The notes under the pieces are model-generated. The model searched no databases. It worked only from the letters and a program-made list of their open reading frames with translations, and was not told where the DNA came from. Source: an uncultured Planctomycetaceae bacterium (GTDB lineage: Bacteria > Planctomycetota > Planctomycetia > Pirellulales > PALSA-1355). Taken from it: DNA of 64,000 nucleotides. Positions 1 to 10,377 of this stretch are shown piece after piece. How positions within the stretch are numbered: position 1 is the first letter of the stretch; each line of letters opens with the position of its first letter. A program made the position numbers and the translations under genes. The DNA lies in NCBI GenBank assembly GCA_963785305.1, contig CAWAUV010000007.1:1728001-1792000 (forward strand), given 5' to 3'.

Positions 1-1
1 C

Positions 2-103
2 GGTGAATTTCCCCAGCCCATCGACCTGGGCACGGCGAGCGTGATCGAAGCCCGGGAGATTGCCACGCGAGCCGCCAGCGAGCCGGGGCTGACTTCGCGG
101 TAG
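2..103 (+). CDS. 3' end of an unknown CDS entering from the left edge (partial)
   Basis: Open frame GEFPQPIDLGTASVIEAREIATRAASEPGLTSR ending at TAG 101-103 with GC3-rich codons; convergent with the next gene. Confidence 0.4.
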   Translation, partial: GEFPQPIDLGTASVIEAREIATRAASEPGLTSR

Positions 104-108
104 CTGTG

Positions 109-150
109 CCCGAGGCTTGAGGAGCGAGGTCCGAGGTTTGAGGCTTGAGG
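109..150. repeat. Heptamer tandem repeat (NNNGAGG)x6
   Basis: cccgagg-cttgagg-agcgagg-tccgagg-tttgagg-cttgagg read directly between two convergent stop codons. Confidence 0.8.
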
Positions 151-158
151 GCGAACGG

Positions 159-572
159 CTATTCGGGCAGGGGCTCGAACGAAGCGGCCACTTCGGGGGC
201 CACGCGCTGAATCGCGCCCTTGGCAAAGTCGACGAATGCCCATTCGGTGGTGATCGAGGCGAGCAATAGATTGTCGGCCGGGCGCACGATGCGGTAGCGC
301 CGTAGCGACGACACCTTGCGAAACTCGGCCACCCAAGTGCGCACCAGCAGCACATCGTTCAAAAAAGCCGGCGCCAGATACTTCACTTCATGCGATCGGG
401 CCACCCAGCCGGCGCCGAGCGCGCGATAGCGTTCGAGCGGCCAGCCTTGGGCTTCGGAATGCGCGAGCGCGGCCGCTTGGGCTCAGGCGAGATAGGTGAC
501 ATTGTTCGCGTGGCCGAGCATGTCGATATCGCTCGGGGCCACGACCACGCGATGCTCGAAGATGGCTGGCAC
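159..572 (-). CDS. Acyl-CoA thioesterase (4HBT/YbgC hot-dog fold) with an in-frame TGA at 483-485
   Basis: From GTG 572: PAIFEHRVVVAPSDIDMLGHANNVTYLA*AQAAALAH...GWVARSHEVKYLAPAF; carries the DxDxxGHxNNxxY motif and is in frame with ORF 159..404. Confidence 0.8.
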
Positions 573-864
573 GGGCGCGAATGTTCCTGGAGTGGACGCG
601 AAAGTGTCGAACGCCGATCGTGTCGGGGAGGGGGACGCCTACGTGGCAATGCGCGGTGGGCGAAGATCGTGTGGACGCGGTTCGAGTCCGCCTCTTGAAA
701 AAACCGCGACTCTTGCATTTTTCCCAGTCGTCTGGCGGAGGGAAAGGGCGGATTGGGGCGGCGAGCATTGTCGGGTTTTTTTAGTTGACTATTCCCTGGA
801 GGGTTCCCCGGGTTTCCGGACGCGGCCCGGGCGACTTGCAGCGATTGTGCGGGAGGGGCTTGGC

Positions 865-892
865 TTGCTCAAAGTGACGCGCGCACTAGAAT
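865..892 (+). promoter_or_regulatory. Putative sigma70 promoter for the site-2 protease gene
   Basis: TTGCTC-N16-TAGAAT about 100 bp upstream of ATG 995. Confidence 0.4.
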
Positions 893-994
893 TTCCACGG
901 CAGCGCCGCCGAGTCGGCGATCGCCTCGCTTCGAGCGGGGTTTCGCGAGCGGTGCGCATGAGCATCACAAGTTCCCCCGGGGAAGTCCGATCCC

Positions 995-2112
995 ATGACC
1001 AATGATGAGCGCGGTATCGCGGAATCGAAGTTTTCCGACTTCGGAAACGAAGGCGACAACGTTCGCGAAACCCATGATCGCGAAACGCATGGCGATCGCG
1101 CGCGGCCGCCAACCCCTATCGCATGGCGGGCGGGATCGAACCGGTGGTGTACGAGCCGCACCCGCGCGGCGGTTCCTATCCGCCTTTCGATGGCGAGCAG
1201 GGCGCCCTGGGAAATGGGGCGTTTGGCGCCGGGGCCTATCCGCCGATCGTGCCCGCGCGGCGGTCTTGGCAGACGCCCTTGCTGCTGTTTATCGCCACGA
1301 TCGCCAGCACGTTTTGGATTCACTATCCCTATCCATTTATCAACCCCGAGGCCAGCGACGCGGCGCGGGTAGCCGGCATTCGCGACGCCCTGCTCTATTG
1401 TGGCGGCATCATGTTTATTCTCACCGCCCATGAGTTGGGACATTTCGTGCAAGCGCTGCGATATCGGGTGCCGACCAGTTACCCCTACTTCATTCCAATG
1501 CCGATCAGCCTGATCGGCACGATGGGCGCCGTGATCGCCCTGCGCGGCCACATGGGCAATCGCAAGACATTATTCGATATCGGCATCTCGGGCCCCCTGG
1601 CGGGGCTCGTACCCGCGATCGTGCTCTCGGTGATCGGCATCCAGTGGTCGCAGGTCTTGCCGACGCAAGAGGGCGGGTATCAGAGCTTTGGCGAGCCGCT
1701 CTTGTTCACCTGGCTCATTCACTGGCTCAAAGGACCACTACCGCAGGGAACCGATGTAATGTTGCATCCCTTGGCCTTCGCCGGCTGGGTCGGGTTTCTA
1801 ATCACGTCGATCAATCTGTTTCCCGTCGGACAACTCGACGGCGGGCATATCTTGTATGCGATTTTGCGACGCAAGAGTTATCCGGTGGCACTGCTTGTGC
1901 TCGTCGGCGCCGGGCTGGGCATGGTGCTGCTCAATTCGTATCAATTGTTGCCGATGCTGCTCCTCTTGATCTGGATGCGGCCATTTCATCCGCCCACGGC
2001 CAACGACGCCGAACCGCTCGGCCTGGGTCGCACGATTCTGGGCATCGCCACACTCATGTTCCTCGTTGTCGGCTTCACGCCCACGCCCTTTCAATTCAAC
2101 GGGACCAATTGA
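995..2112 (+). CDS. Site-2 protease (peptidase M50); main ORF 1123..2112, N-terminus probably from ATG 995 via a frameshift
   Basis: HELGH zinc motif, FDIGISGPLAG and NLFPVGQLDGGH motifs, multiple TM helices. Confidence 0.9.
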
Positions 2113-2244
2113 GCCCGCGAAGTGAACCGCGGGGCATGGATACGGGGCATGCACCGTGGCGCGTGGCGGATTCTTCGCTGGCGCTTCAGGCTTGTGGGGG
2201 GGAAGGCGGCTTAGCGGCGAGGCTCCGCGCCGCGGGGGCGCCGC

Positions 2245-3574
2245 TCAAGCTTTTTGACCCTTCGCCGCTCGATAGCTTTCATCGAGCAGTTCCATCGGAT
2301 GCACGATCCGGAGCGGGCTGCCTTGCTCGCGCGCCTCGCGGCCAATCTGCAACAGACAGCCGGCGTTGGCGGCCACTACCGTGTGGGCGCCTGTGGCCAG
2401 GATATTGTCGAGCTTGCGGCGCCCGAGCCGCTGGGCCATTTCCGGCTGGGTGAGGTTGTAGGTCCCCGCGGCCCCGCAGCAGAGATCGGCTTCGGCCAGT
2501 TCGCGCAGTTCGAGTCCGGGGATCTGAGCGAGCAGCCGCCGCGGGGCTTCGCGGATTTTCTGAGCGTGGGCTAGGTGGCAAGCGTCGTGATATGTCGCAA
2601 TGGTTTCGAGCCGGCCGGTCGGAGGAAGGAGGCCGAGCGAATCGAGAAACTCATGCACATCGCGAACCTTGGCCCCGAGCGCGGCCCGAGCGGCTTCGCC
2701 GGCGCCATGCCAGTGGTCGCCATATTCCTTGAGCATCGCCCCGCAGCCAGCCACATTGACCACCACGGCGTCGACATCGAGCGAGCCGAAAGCGCGGACA
2801 TTGGCGTCGGCCAGTTGCCGGGCCGGCTCGCTCGAGCCGGCATGAAAATGAATCGCCCCGCAGCAGCGCCGTTTCATGGGCGTGAGCACGTCGCAGCCAT
2901 TGCGCTGCAGGACGCGCGCCGTGGCCCAATGCGCGGAGCGAAACATCGCATCGGCCACGCAGCCGGTGAAGAGCGCGACGCGAGCCCGCCGCGGACCGAT
3001 CGCCGGCAACACCGGCGGCAAGGCCGGCAGTGGATCGCCCAAGGGCGGCGCCATGTCGACCAGGCGCCGCAATCGGGCCGGCAGTAGATTCAAGAGACCC
3101 AGCCGCCGGGCCAGACGGTCGATTCCCGTCCGCTGGGCAAATCGGGCCGGCAGCATCGCCAACCGCAATCGCCTCGGATCGGGCATCAGCCAAAACAGTA
3201 TCCAGCGATGGAACCAATCTCGGCTCGGGTCGGCTGCCCCGGCGGACATCGCCACGCGAAACGGCTCGATCAAGTGGCCATATTGCACGCCCGAGGGACA
3301 GGCCGTCTCGCAGCCGCGGCAATCGAGGCAGCAGCTCGAGATGCCGCCGCACTTCGGGCGTGAGCGACAATCGCTCGTCGGTCACGGCCCGCATCAGGTA
3401 GATGCGTCCGCGGGGGCTGTCGTTTTCGTCGCCGGTTTCGAGATAAGTGGGACATGCGGCGGTACACAGGCCACAATGCACGCAGTCTTGAAACAGCCGA
3501 TAGTCGATCGCCGCCCCGGGATTGGTTGACCGGGGAGAGGCCGGGCCAGGATTGGGTTCAGAGTGAGTTGTCAT
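2245..3574 (-). CDS. glcF: GlcF-like Fe-S protein (glycolate/lactate oxidase iron-sulfur subunit), frameshift near 3331
   Basis: [12 protein letters not shown] and [12 protein letters not shown] 4Fe-4S motifs, SPRGRI, CCG domains ([26 protein letters not shown]). Confidence 0.85.
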
Positions 3575-3611
3575 GGGGGGCACGTGCCTCGAATTCGCGT
3601 GCCACACGGGG

Positions 3612-4419
3612 CTATTCGGGTCGGGTGGCTTTGCGCACCAGTTCGCGGTCGAAATAGTTCGCGCTCATGCCGGCGTCGACCACGATATTCTGCGCGTTGA
3701 CGCCGCTCGAACGCGGGCTAAGCAAAAACGCGGCCACGGCGGCGGCTTCTTCCGTGGCCACGGCTCGCCGGCGTAAGGTGGCTTGTTCGGCATAGAGATA
3801 CGAATCGACATAGCCGGGAATGCCGGCCGAGGCCGAGGTTTTCAACAGGCCCGGCGCCACGGCGTTGAAACGCACTCGCGAAAATTGGCTGAACGACTTG
3901 GCCAGAAACACCAAGGCCGAATCGAGCGCCGCCTTGCAGGGCGCCATGTAGCCATAGTTTTCGGCGGCCATGCGCGTCGTGGAGATCGACACCGTGACGA
4001 CCGAGCCATCGGGGTCGAACATGTCTTGAAACAGATGCGACAACGCCATGAGCGAGAAGCACGAAATGTCCATCGCGCGCAGGAAGTCGCGCTTGCTGGT
4101 TTCGTGAAACGCCTTGGGGCCCTCGCCATAGTCGGCAAATGCGATCGAATGCACCAGGCCAAACAGCCGCGAGCTTCGGGCGCCGACTTTCTCGCGGAGT
4201 GCCGCGAGCTCGTCGGGAAACTCGACATCGCACACATACACCGGCGCCGGCGCCACGAGCCGCCCCACGGATGCCTCGCGCCGGCGAGCGCACCGCGTAC
4301 ATCACATCGGCCCCGGCGGCCGTGAGCAGTTGCCCGATATGCCAAGCCACGCTTTTCCGATTGGCCACGCCGGTGACCAGGATCGGCTGCCCGGCGAGTT
4401 GCAAGAAGTCGAACGTCAT
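3612..4419 (-). CDS. fabI: Enoyl-ACP reductase (FabI-like SDR), frameshift near 4272
   Basis: [14 protein letters not shown]-terminus, [18 protein letters not shown] catalytic motif, NAVAPG.LKT. Confidence 0.85.
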
Positions 4420-4447
4420 CGAGAGACAACCGGGGTAGCGAGACCTG

Positions 4448-4895
4448 TCAGCCGGAATACGCGCTGCTCGAGTCCATGGCGGCGAGCGTGGCGGTGAAAT
4501 CGAATCGCACGGCGAGCGTGCCCTCGCACGTGACTTGGGCCCGCATATAAAACGCGTCGGACACCCGATCCTTGATCTCGACCTCGAGCAGCACTGTTTC
4601 GCCCGGCCGCACCACGCGCTTGAATCGCACATCGCGCAGGCGAGCCACCACTGGCACGCGGCCATCGCGCGGAACCTGCGGCGCGCACCAGCACCGCGCC
4701 CGCCTGCATCGCCGCTTCGCACAGCAACACGCCGGGCGTGATGGGATACGAGGGATAGTGGCCCGGGTAAAACCATTCGTCGGGGCGCCACGTCTTGCGG
4801 CACACGATGCGCGTGTCGGACTGCTCGACGATGTCGTCGATGAGTAGAAACGGATCGCGATGCGGAATTGCGGCTAGGATTTCTTCTCGGCTCAT
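4448..4895 (-). CDS. fabZ: 3-hydroxyacyl-ACP dehydratase (FabZ/FabA family), frameshift near 4680
   Basis: [29 protein letters not shown] (His/Glu dyad), [11 protein letters not shown]; its ATG overlaps the upstream TGA (ATGA). Confidence 0.85.
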
Positions 4896-6340
4896 GGGGC
4901 TACGGATGAGATCGATGGCCAGGGGTTGGACTTCATCAACAGCGAATCGACGTCGTTCGCCACGATCACGCCATAGTTCACCGCGCCCAGCCATCCGGAC
5001 ATGATGATGCCTACGCTACCGGCGTGAAACAGGCCGCGGACTTGTTCGGGAACGGCGCGGCTCACGGCCAGCCCTTCGAACTTGGTGCCAAAGCTGGCGC
5101 CAGCCCAGTGACGGGTGTAGTGCTGGAAAGTGCGCGGGGTCGACGCCTCGGCGTGTTCGAGGCGGTCCCGAATGTCTGGAATATAACGTGCCAAGGCGTC
5201 GAGTGTCGACTCGACCAGTTCGGTTTTACTGGCCGCGTAGGCGGCGTCGTCGAGCCCGGACCAATCGGCGAAATTGGCGTTGGTGCTCGACACCACCAGG
5301 CAGCGGTCGGTTTCGGGCCGCGAGCGCGGATAATAGAAGGAGTAAGTGCGGCTGGTCACATCGCGGCTGAGGAGCGCTTCGGTGCGAAACAGCGGAGCGG
5401 TCGAGCTAAAGAGCAGGTCGCCCAGGCTTTCGTCGAGCAATTCGCCCGGTTTGAGCGAAATATACACTTGGCAACTCGAATTGTTGAGCCGCACGGCGCG
5501 GGCCTGGTCGACGAATTTGCCATCGAAATGTTCGTCGCCCACGAGATCGAAGATCGTGGCCTTGAGATTGGCGTTGGACACGACGGCCCGGCAGCGAATG
5601 CGCCGGCCATTGACCTCGACCGCCTCGACCCGCCCGCGGCGGACGACGATTCGCTGGACGTCGGCCCGAATCCGGCAATCGACGCCGCTCTTGCGCAGGT
5701 CTTCGCCCATCAGATGGATCAGCCGATCGGTGCCGCCTTGAAACGTGTACACGCCTTTGCTCATGAAGTTCGAAAACACGATGCCGTAGCTGATCGCGGG
5801 GTCTTCGAGCGTCGAGCCGTTGGCATAGGTGATCGGCTCCATGAGCAGCCGGATCACGTCCTCGCGGCCCGGAAAGAAGCGATCGAAAAGCTCGCGGACC
5901 GTGGTCGCTTGGTCGTCGTAGAAATTCATGCCTCGGGCGGTGTCGAAAAACGCCTGCACGGTTTCGGCCGGCACGCGAAATTTTTCGACCAGTTGGCGCG
6001 TGAAGTCGGCGCGGTCGAAGGTCGTGGCGAGGCTGAACATCGGGTTGTCGAACCGAATATTCTTGAGCTGCACGATCGAATCGGCGATCTCGGCGGTCCA
6101 GTAGCGGCGACAGCTTTTGATCATGCCGATCGGAAAGCCATGGAGCGAGATATCGAAAATGGCGCCCTTGGGCCGTCGAAACCAGGTGGCCATGCCGCCG
6201 AGCTTGTAGTGCTGCTCGAGGAGCAGCACGGAGCGGCCGGACCGGGCCAAGGTGTTGGCGGCGGTCATGCCGGCGAGTCCGCTGCCGATGACCACGACGT
6301 CGTATTCGTCTTGAGCGCCCTTGAGAAAGTCTTTGGGCAT
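4892..6340 (-). CDS. Phytoene-desaturase-like (CrtI family) FAD-dependent oxidoreductase
   Basis: [11 protein letters not shown]ossmann motif, LLEQH..LGG, GGTDRL, STPRTF..YT....G, GLFHAG C-terminal motif; intact 482 aa. Confidence 0.85.
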   Translation of the reverse strand: MPKDFLKGAQDEYDVVVIGSGLAGMTAANTLARSGRSVLLLEQHYKLGGMATWFRRPKGAIFDISLHGFPIGMIKSCRRYWTAEIADSIVQLKNIRFDNPMFSLATTFDRADFTRQLVEKFRVPAETVQAFFDTARGMNFYDDQATTVRELFDRFFPGREDVIRLLMEPITYANGSTLEDPAISYGIVFSNFMSKGVYTFQGGTDRLIHLMGEDLRKSGVDCRIRADVQRIVVRRGRVEAVEVNGRRIRCRAVVSNANLKATIFDLVGDEHFDGKFVDQARAVRLNNSSCQVYISLKPGELLDESLGDLLFSSTAPLFRTEALLSRDVTSRTYSFYYPRSRPETDRCLVVSSTNANFADWSGLDDAAYAASKTELVESTLDALARYIPDIRDRLEHAEASTPRTFQHYTRHWAGASFGTKFEGLAVSRAVPEQVRGLFHAGSVGIIMSGWLGAVNYGVIVANDVDSLLMKSNPWPSISSVAP

Positions 6341-6564
6341 GGAGTCGATTCCAGAAAAAGAAAAACGGCAAACCCCCGCGGCGCTCGCACGGGGCGCGGT
6401 CCAGCGGCGAGGGAAGTCAAAGCGAGTTAATGCGGTTTCACGGGCGCCGCTGAATTATATCGCCCCGCGGCGCCTTTTCAGAAGGGCCCCCCCGGGCTTG
6501 CGGCGAATCGCATGGGGGGCGTTCTCTCTGGACGGGGGACTCGTCGCGACCCAGACTCGTGCGA

Positions 6565-7195
6565 TTAGGCGTCCGGCGCGATGCTCTTCGTCAGCCGCCA
6601 CATGCCGGTCGTGGGATTGCGGCCCTCTTCGCGGTCCTCCGTGGCGTCGATTTCGAGTCGTTCGGCGTGGCTGCGGGCTTGCGGATAGCCGGCCGCGAAC
6701 TTCTGGTAATCGACATGCTTGTCGTAATTCGGGAGATGCCTTTTGAGCCGCTTGTGAATCTCGTCGCCATCCACAAGTCCCGGGGGGGCGCCGAAATGGA
6801 GAAATAACCAGAGCTCGATGCAAGGATTCGAGATCGCGAGTTTCACCCCGGCCTTCGCGGCGTCGCTTTTGGCTTCGGCGATATCCGGATGCGTGTCCAC
6901 GTCGAACACGGCCCATACTTCGTCGAACGCAATGTTCGGGTCGCCTTCGCGTTTTGCTCGCTTCTGGCTGTTCGTCAATCTGTCGATGGCAACGGCGACG
7001 ACCTTTCGCGGCGGCACGACGCCACCGAGAGTTTCGACTTTGACGAGCGGATTCCGCGCGGCCTTGATAAAGCCGTTGATGTATTCCTTTTCCGTCACCT
7101 CGCCTTCGCACACGACCAACAGCCTCGGCTTGGGGGGGGCGAAATGGCGTTCGTCGCGCGGGGCGGCGCTTTCGGTCACGTTTGCGCGGCGACAT
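6565..7195 (-). CDS. rloB: RloB/AbiLii-like TOPRIM-fold protein; true start probably ATG 7195 with a frameshift in the C8 run (7132-7139)
   Basis: LVVCEG.VTEKEY, VWAVFDVD, SNPCIELW.LHF, YDK and NPTT motifs; ATG 7195 lies 2 nt after the ATPase stop. Confidence 0.85.
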
Positions 7196-7197
7196 GA

Positions 7198-8454
7198 TTA
7201 GTCCTCACTTGCCACGATTGCGGCAAAGTCGCCGAGGAAGGGGATTGCTCCGTAGCGACCTTGGAGATAGCCGCGCTCAAGGTTCTCGGAGCCGCGCGGT
7301 TTGTAGTCGGTCAGTGGGTAAAGGACCGACGCCCCATCGTCCTTCTTTTCGGTAAACCAAATTTGATCGCGGCGAAGCAGCGCTTCGTCGCCCACTCCAG
7401 CGAGGAAATTCGTATCGTGAGTGGTGAATAGAAGCTGGGCGTTGCGAGGATTCGTTTCCGGGCTGTTGAACATCCGCACGATCTCTCGCGCTAGGACCGG
7501 ATGTAAACCAGATTCCGGTTCGTCGATCAGCAGCGGCCTTGCAAAGCTTAGCGACGCGATAATTTCCGGCGCTAGCCGAAGCAAAGTCTGCGTACCGTCC
7601 GATTCTTGATCGAGATCAAGCCACGAGTCATCGCCGCCCGTCTCGTGTCGCAACATGATCCGGCCGTGGCGTGAATCCGAGTCGCTCGCGTCGCGAATTA
7701 TTTTGACGTCCACGATGCCAATGTCCGCCGCCCGCAACAATCCCAAAACTTTGCTGCGCAGCTCCGGATCGCAAACAACTGGGTTTGGGTCAGACGCACG
7801 ATCGAAGAGTTCCCGCTTCAAGAAACCTACCGTAGCCGGGGTTAATGGGCTCCGCACCGTGTCGGCGTCGTAGAAACGCGCGAACCATCGATAGGCGGCG
7901 GCTATTATTTGAAGGTGTCCATGTTGAGCCGCCGTGGACAGAAATAGCGCGTTGGGGCGCGTCACTTCTCGAATCTTTTCGTTCGGGCCATTGAGATGCG
8001 CTCCGAATTTGAATTTCTCTCCCTCGCGCTCGAACCAAGTCTGTTTACGTCCGCTGGGCCATGCGTAAAGCCACTCTTCCAAGATCGCGTGATCATCGAC
8101 GACGAAGCCGTATTGGTATTTCACATCATTGAACAGCAGCGTGACTTCGAATGTCGACGGCGCCTTTTTCTGCTCGCCCCAGGCGAACGGCTCGCGCGGC
8201 ACGCCACCCTCCGGGGCCCAGAGCCGGTGGGAATTCAGCACCGCCTCGCGCATGAAGGCGAGGGCATTGAGCACATTGCTCTTGCCGCTCGCATTGGCGC
8301 CGTAAAGCACGGCGACGGGCAGCAGCTTTTCTTTGTGGCCCTGCACGGTCCGCGGCCGGGAGTCAGCCTCGTCACCCAGGCGGGCGGCTTCAAATGTCAG
8401 CGCCTGTTCGTCGCGCAGAGAACGGTGGTTTTCCACCCGAAATTCGATCAGCAC
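7198..8454 (-). CDS. RloA/AbiLi-like ABC-type ATPase (AAA_21 family)
   Basis: MLIEFRVENHRS, Walker A GANASGKSN, ESDGT, Walker B IDEPESGLHP, QLLFTTH, RRDQIWFTEK, YLQGRYGAIP. Confidence 0.9.
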   Translation of the reverse strand: MLIEFRVENHRSLRDEQALTFEAARLGDEADSRPRTVQGHKEKLLPVAVLYGANASGKSNVLNALAFMREAVLNSHRLWAPEGGVPREPFAWGEQKKAPSTFEVTLLFNDVKYQYGFVVDDHAILEEWLYAWPSGRKQTWFEREGEKFKFGAHLNGPNEKIREVTRPNALFLSTAAQHGHLQIIAAAYRWFARFYDADTVRSPLTPATVGFLKRELFDRASDPNPVVCDPELRSKVLGLLRAADIGIVDVKIIRDASDSDSRHGRIMLRHETGGDDSWLDLDQESDGTQTLLRLAPEIIASLSFARPLLIDEPESGLHPVLAREIVRMFNSPETNPRNAQLLFTTHDTNFLAGVGDEALLRRDQIWFTEKKDDGASVLYPLTDYKPRGSENLERGYLQGRYGAIPFLGDFAAIVASED

Positions 8455-8929
8455 TGCTTATCCTCCCGATCGATCGAAAAACACCATGAAGCGTCGCTTT
8501 GTGCAATTTTACTGCGCAAATGGAGCCGAAATACGTCATTTTTCGGATTTTATCGGCGAAATTCCGAAAAACTAGCCCGTCCGGATCGGCCGCCGAGTAG
8601 GCTTCGCTCCTTTCCTGGAACGTTTTGCACCGCTGAATGCGCCGCTCGCCATCGGCCGCATGGCGCATCGTGCCGCCCCCAAAACGTTTGCCCATCGGGC
8701 GATGTGCGCGAATCGCGTGAGCTCACCCATCATTTTTCGCGTTTCCAACCACGCGCGGCGTCGGTATCTTTGAAGTTATCGCCCGCGCGCCACGGCCCAC
8801 CCGCGCTTTCGAGTCATTTGGGTCTCGCTTTGCCATGCGAGGGGGGCGCCTTCGCGGCGGAGCGTTGCGAAATGCCTTGAGGCGTCTCGCTTTCCGCCTT
8901 TTTTGATCCCCGGTTCGAGGCCCTGATCG

Positions 8930-10193
8930 ATGAGTCACGAAAACGAAGCGGATAATCCGATCAACGACACCACGCCGTTCAAAATCGAGCTGGCCGAGCG
9001 CGTCAAGCGGCTGCCGCCTTATTTGTTCGCGCGCATCAATGCCGTGAAATATCAAAAGCGCCGCGCCGGCGACGATGTGATCGATCTCGGCATGGGCAAC
9101 CCCTCCGATCCGCCGCAGGACTTGGTGATCGACAAACTCACCGCCGCTGCCCACGATCCGCGGAACCACGGTTACAGCAAGGCGCTCGGCATCAACAACC
9201 TTCGCCGCGAGCTCGCCGGCAAGTATCTCAAGAAATACGGCGTGCGGCTCGATCCCGAATCGGAAACGATCGTCTGCCTCGGCTCGAAAGAGGGTTTCAG
9301 CCACATTTGCCTGGCGCTGGTTGGCCCCGGCGACGCCGCGATCGTGCCGGCCCCGTATTTTCCGGTGCATGTCTACGCGGTAGCGCTGGCGGCGGCCAAT
9401 GTGATCTCGCTCGAAGTGGCCGACAGCGAAAAGTTCCTCTCGAATGTCGCTTACACCTGCCAGCATTTGTATCCGAAGCCGAAACTGCTGATCGTGAACT
9501 ATCCGCACAATCCGTCCACTGTCACGGTCGAGCCGGAGTTTTTCGTCGATGTCGTGAAGCTCGCCAGACGCTACGGGTTCATGGTGATCAGCGATTTCGC
9601 TTATGCCGACGTGGCCTTCGATGGCTACCAGCCGCCCAGCTTTCTGGCGGCGCCGGGCGCCCGCGATGTGGGCGTCGAATTCACGACGATGAGCAAAGGC
9701 TACAACATGGCCGGTTGGCGCGTTGGGTTTCTGCGCCGGCAACGCCGAGATGGTTCGCGCCCTGGGCACGATCAAGACCTACTACGACTACGGCATGTTT
9801 CAACCGATTCAAATCGCCGCGATCATGGCCCTGCGCCACACCGACGCCGCGGTCGAGGCCCAAAGCGCGCTCTATCAGCGGCGCCGCGATGTGCTCGTCG
9901 ACGGACTGCGACGCATCGGCTGGGAAGTCACGCCCCCCCGGGCCGGCATGTTTCTCTGGGTTAAAGTGCCCGAGCCCTGGGCCAGTCGCATGGACACGAT
10001 GCAATTCGCCACCAAGCTGCTCGAGGAGGGCGATGTGGCGGTGAGTCCGGGCAGTGGATTCGGTCCGGCGGGCGAAGGTTATTTGCGATTGGCGCTGGTC
10101 GAAAACGAAAACCGGCTCAAGCAGGCAGTGCGGCAGATTGCGCGGTGCTTGGGAACCGAGACCAAGGCGCTCGGCCCGCTGGCCGCGGGATGA
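8930..10193 (+). CDS. alaC: Class I/II PLP aminotransferase, AlaC-like; frameshift near 9723
   Basis: [67 protein letters not shown]. Confidence 0.85.
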
Positions 10194-10377
10194 GTTGATT
10201 CCCAATTGCCGTCGGCCGAACCCAGTTGCCTTTGGCCGCGCAAGAGCGATTATTTGTTTTTGCGAGGCGCGCCCCCGGCGGGGCCGCGGCGTTTTGCGTC
10301 AGGCAAATGGCTGTTGTCATCGGCGCTCCCTTTCCGATCGCGTCTGATACCGAAATTCATTGGATCGACTACACACG

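Noticed and set aside
483..485. TGA reassignment to Trp or selenocysteine insertion
   Set aside because: TGA terminates many genes here, other Trp codons are TGG, and the position is not a catalytic Cys site
673..695. GGACGCGGTTCGAGTCCGCC resembles a tRNA/tmRNA T-arm
   Set aside because: Only a 4-bp stem with a TTCGAGT loop; no acceptor stem, D-arm, anticodon arm or CCA could be built around it
4892..6340. Carotenoid biosynthesis gene cluster
   Set aside because: No phytoene/squalene synthase, cyclase or prenyltransferase nearby; the neighbours are fatty-acid enzymes
5024..6430. Long antisense and alternate-frame ORFs (also 15105..16559, 23332..25659, 26502..28424, 31681..33108, 59278..60315)
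   Set aside because: Shadow ORFs of real genes expected in high-GC DNA; no recognisable motifs
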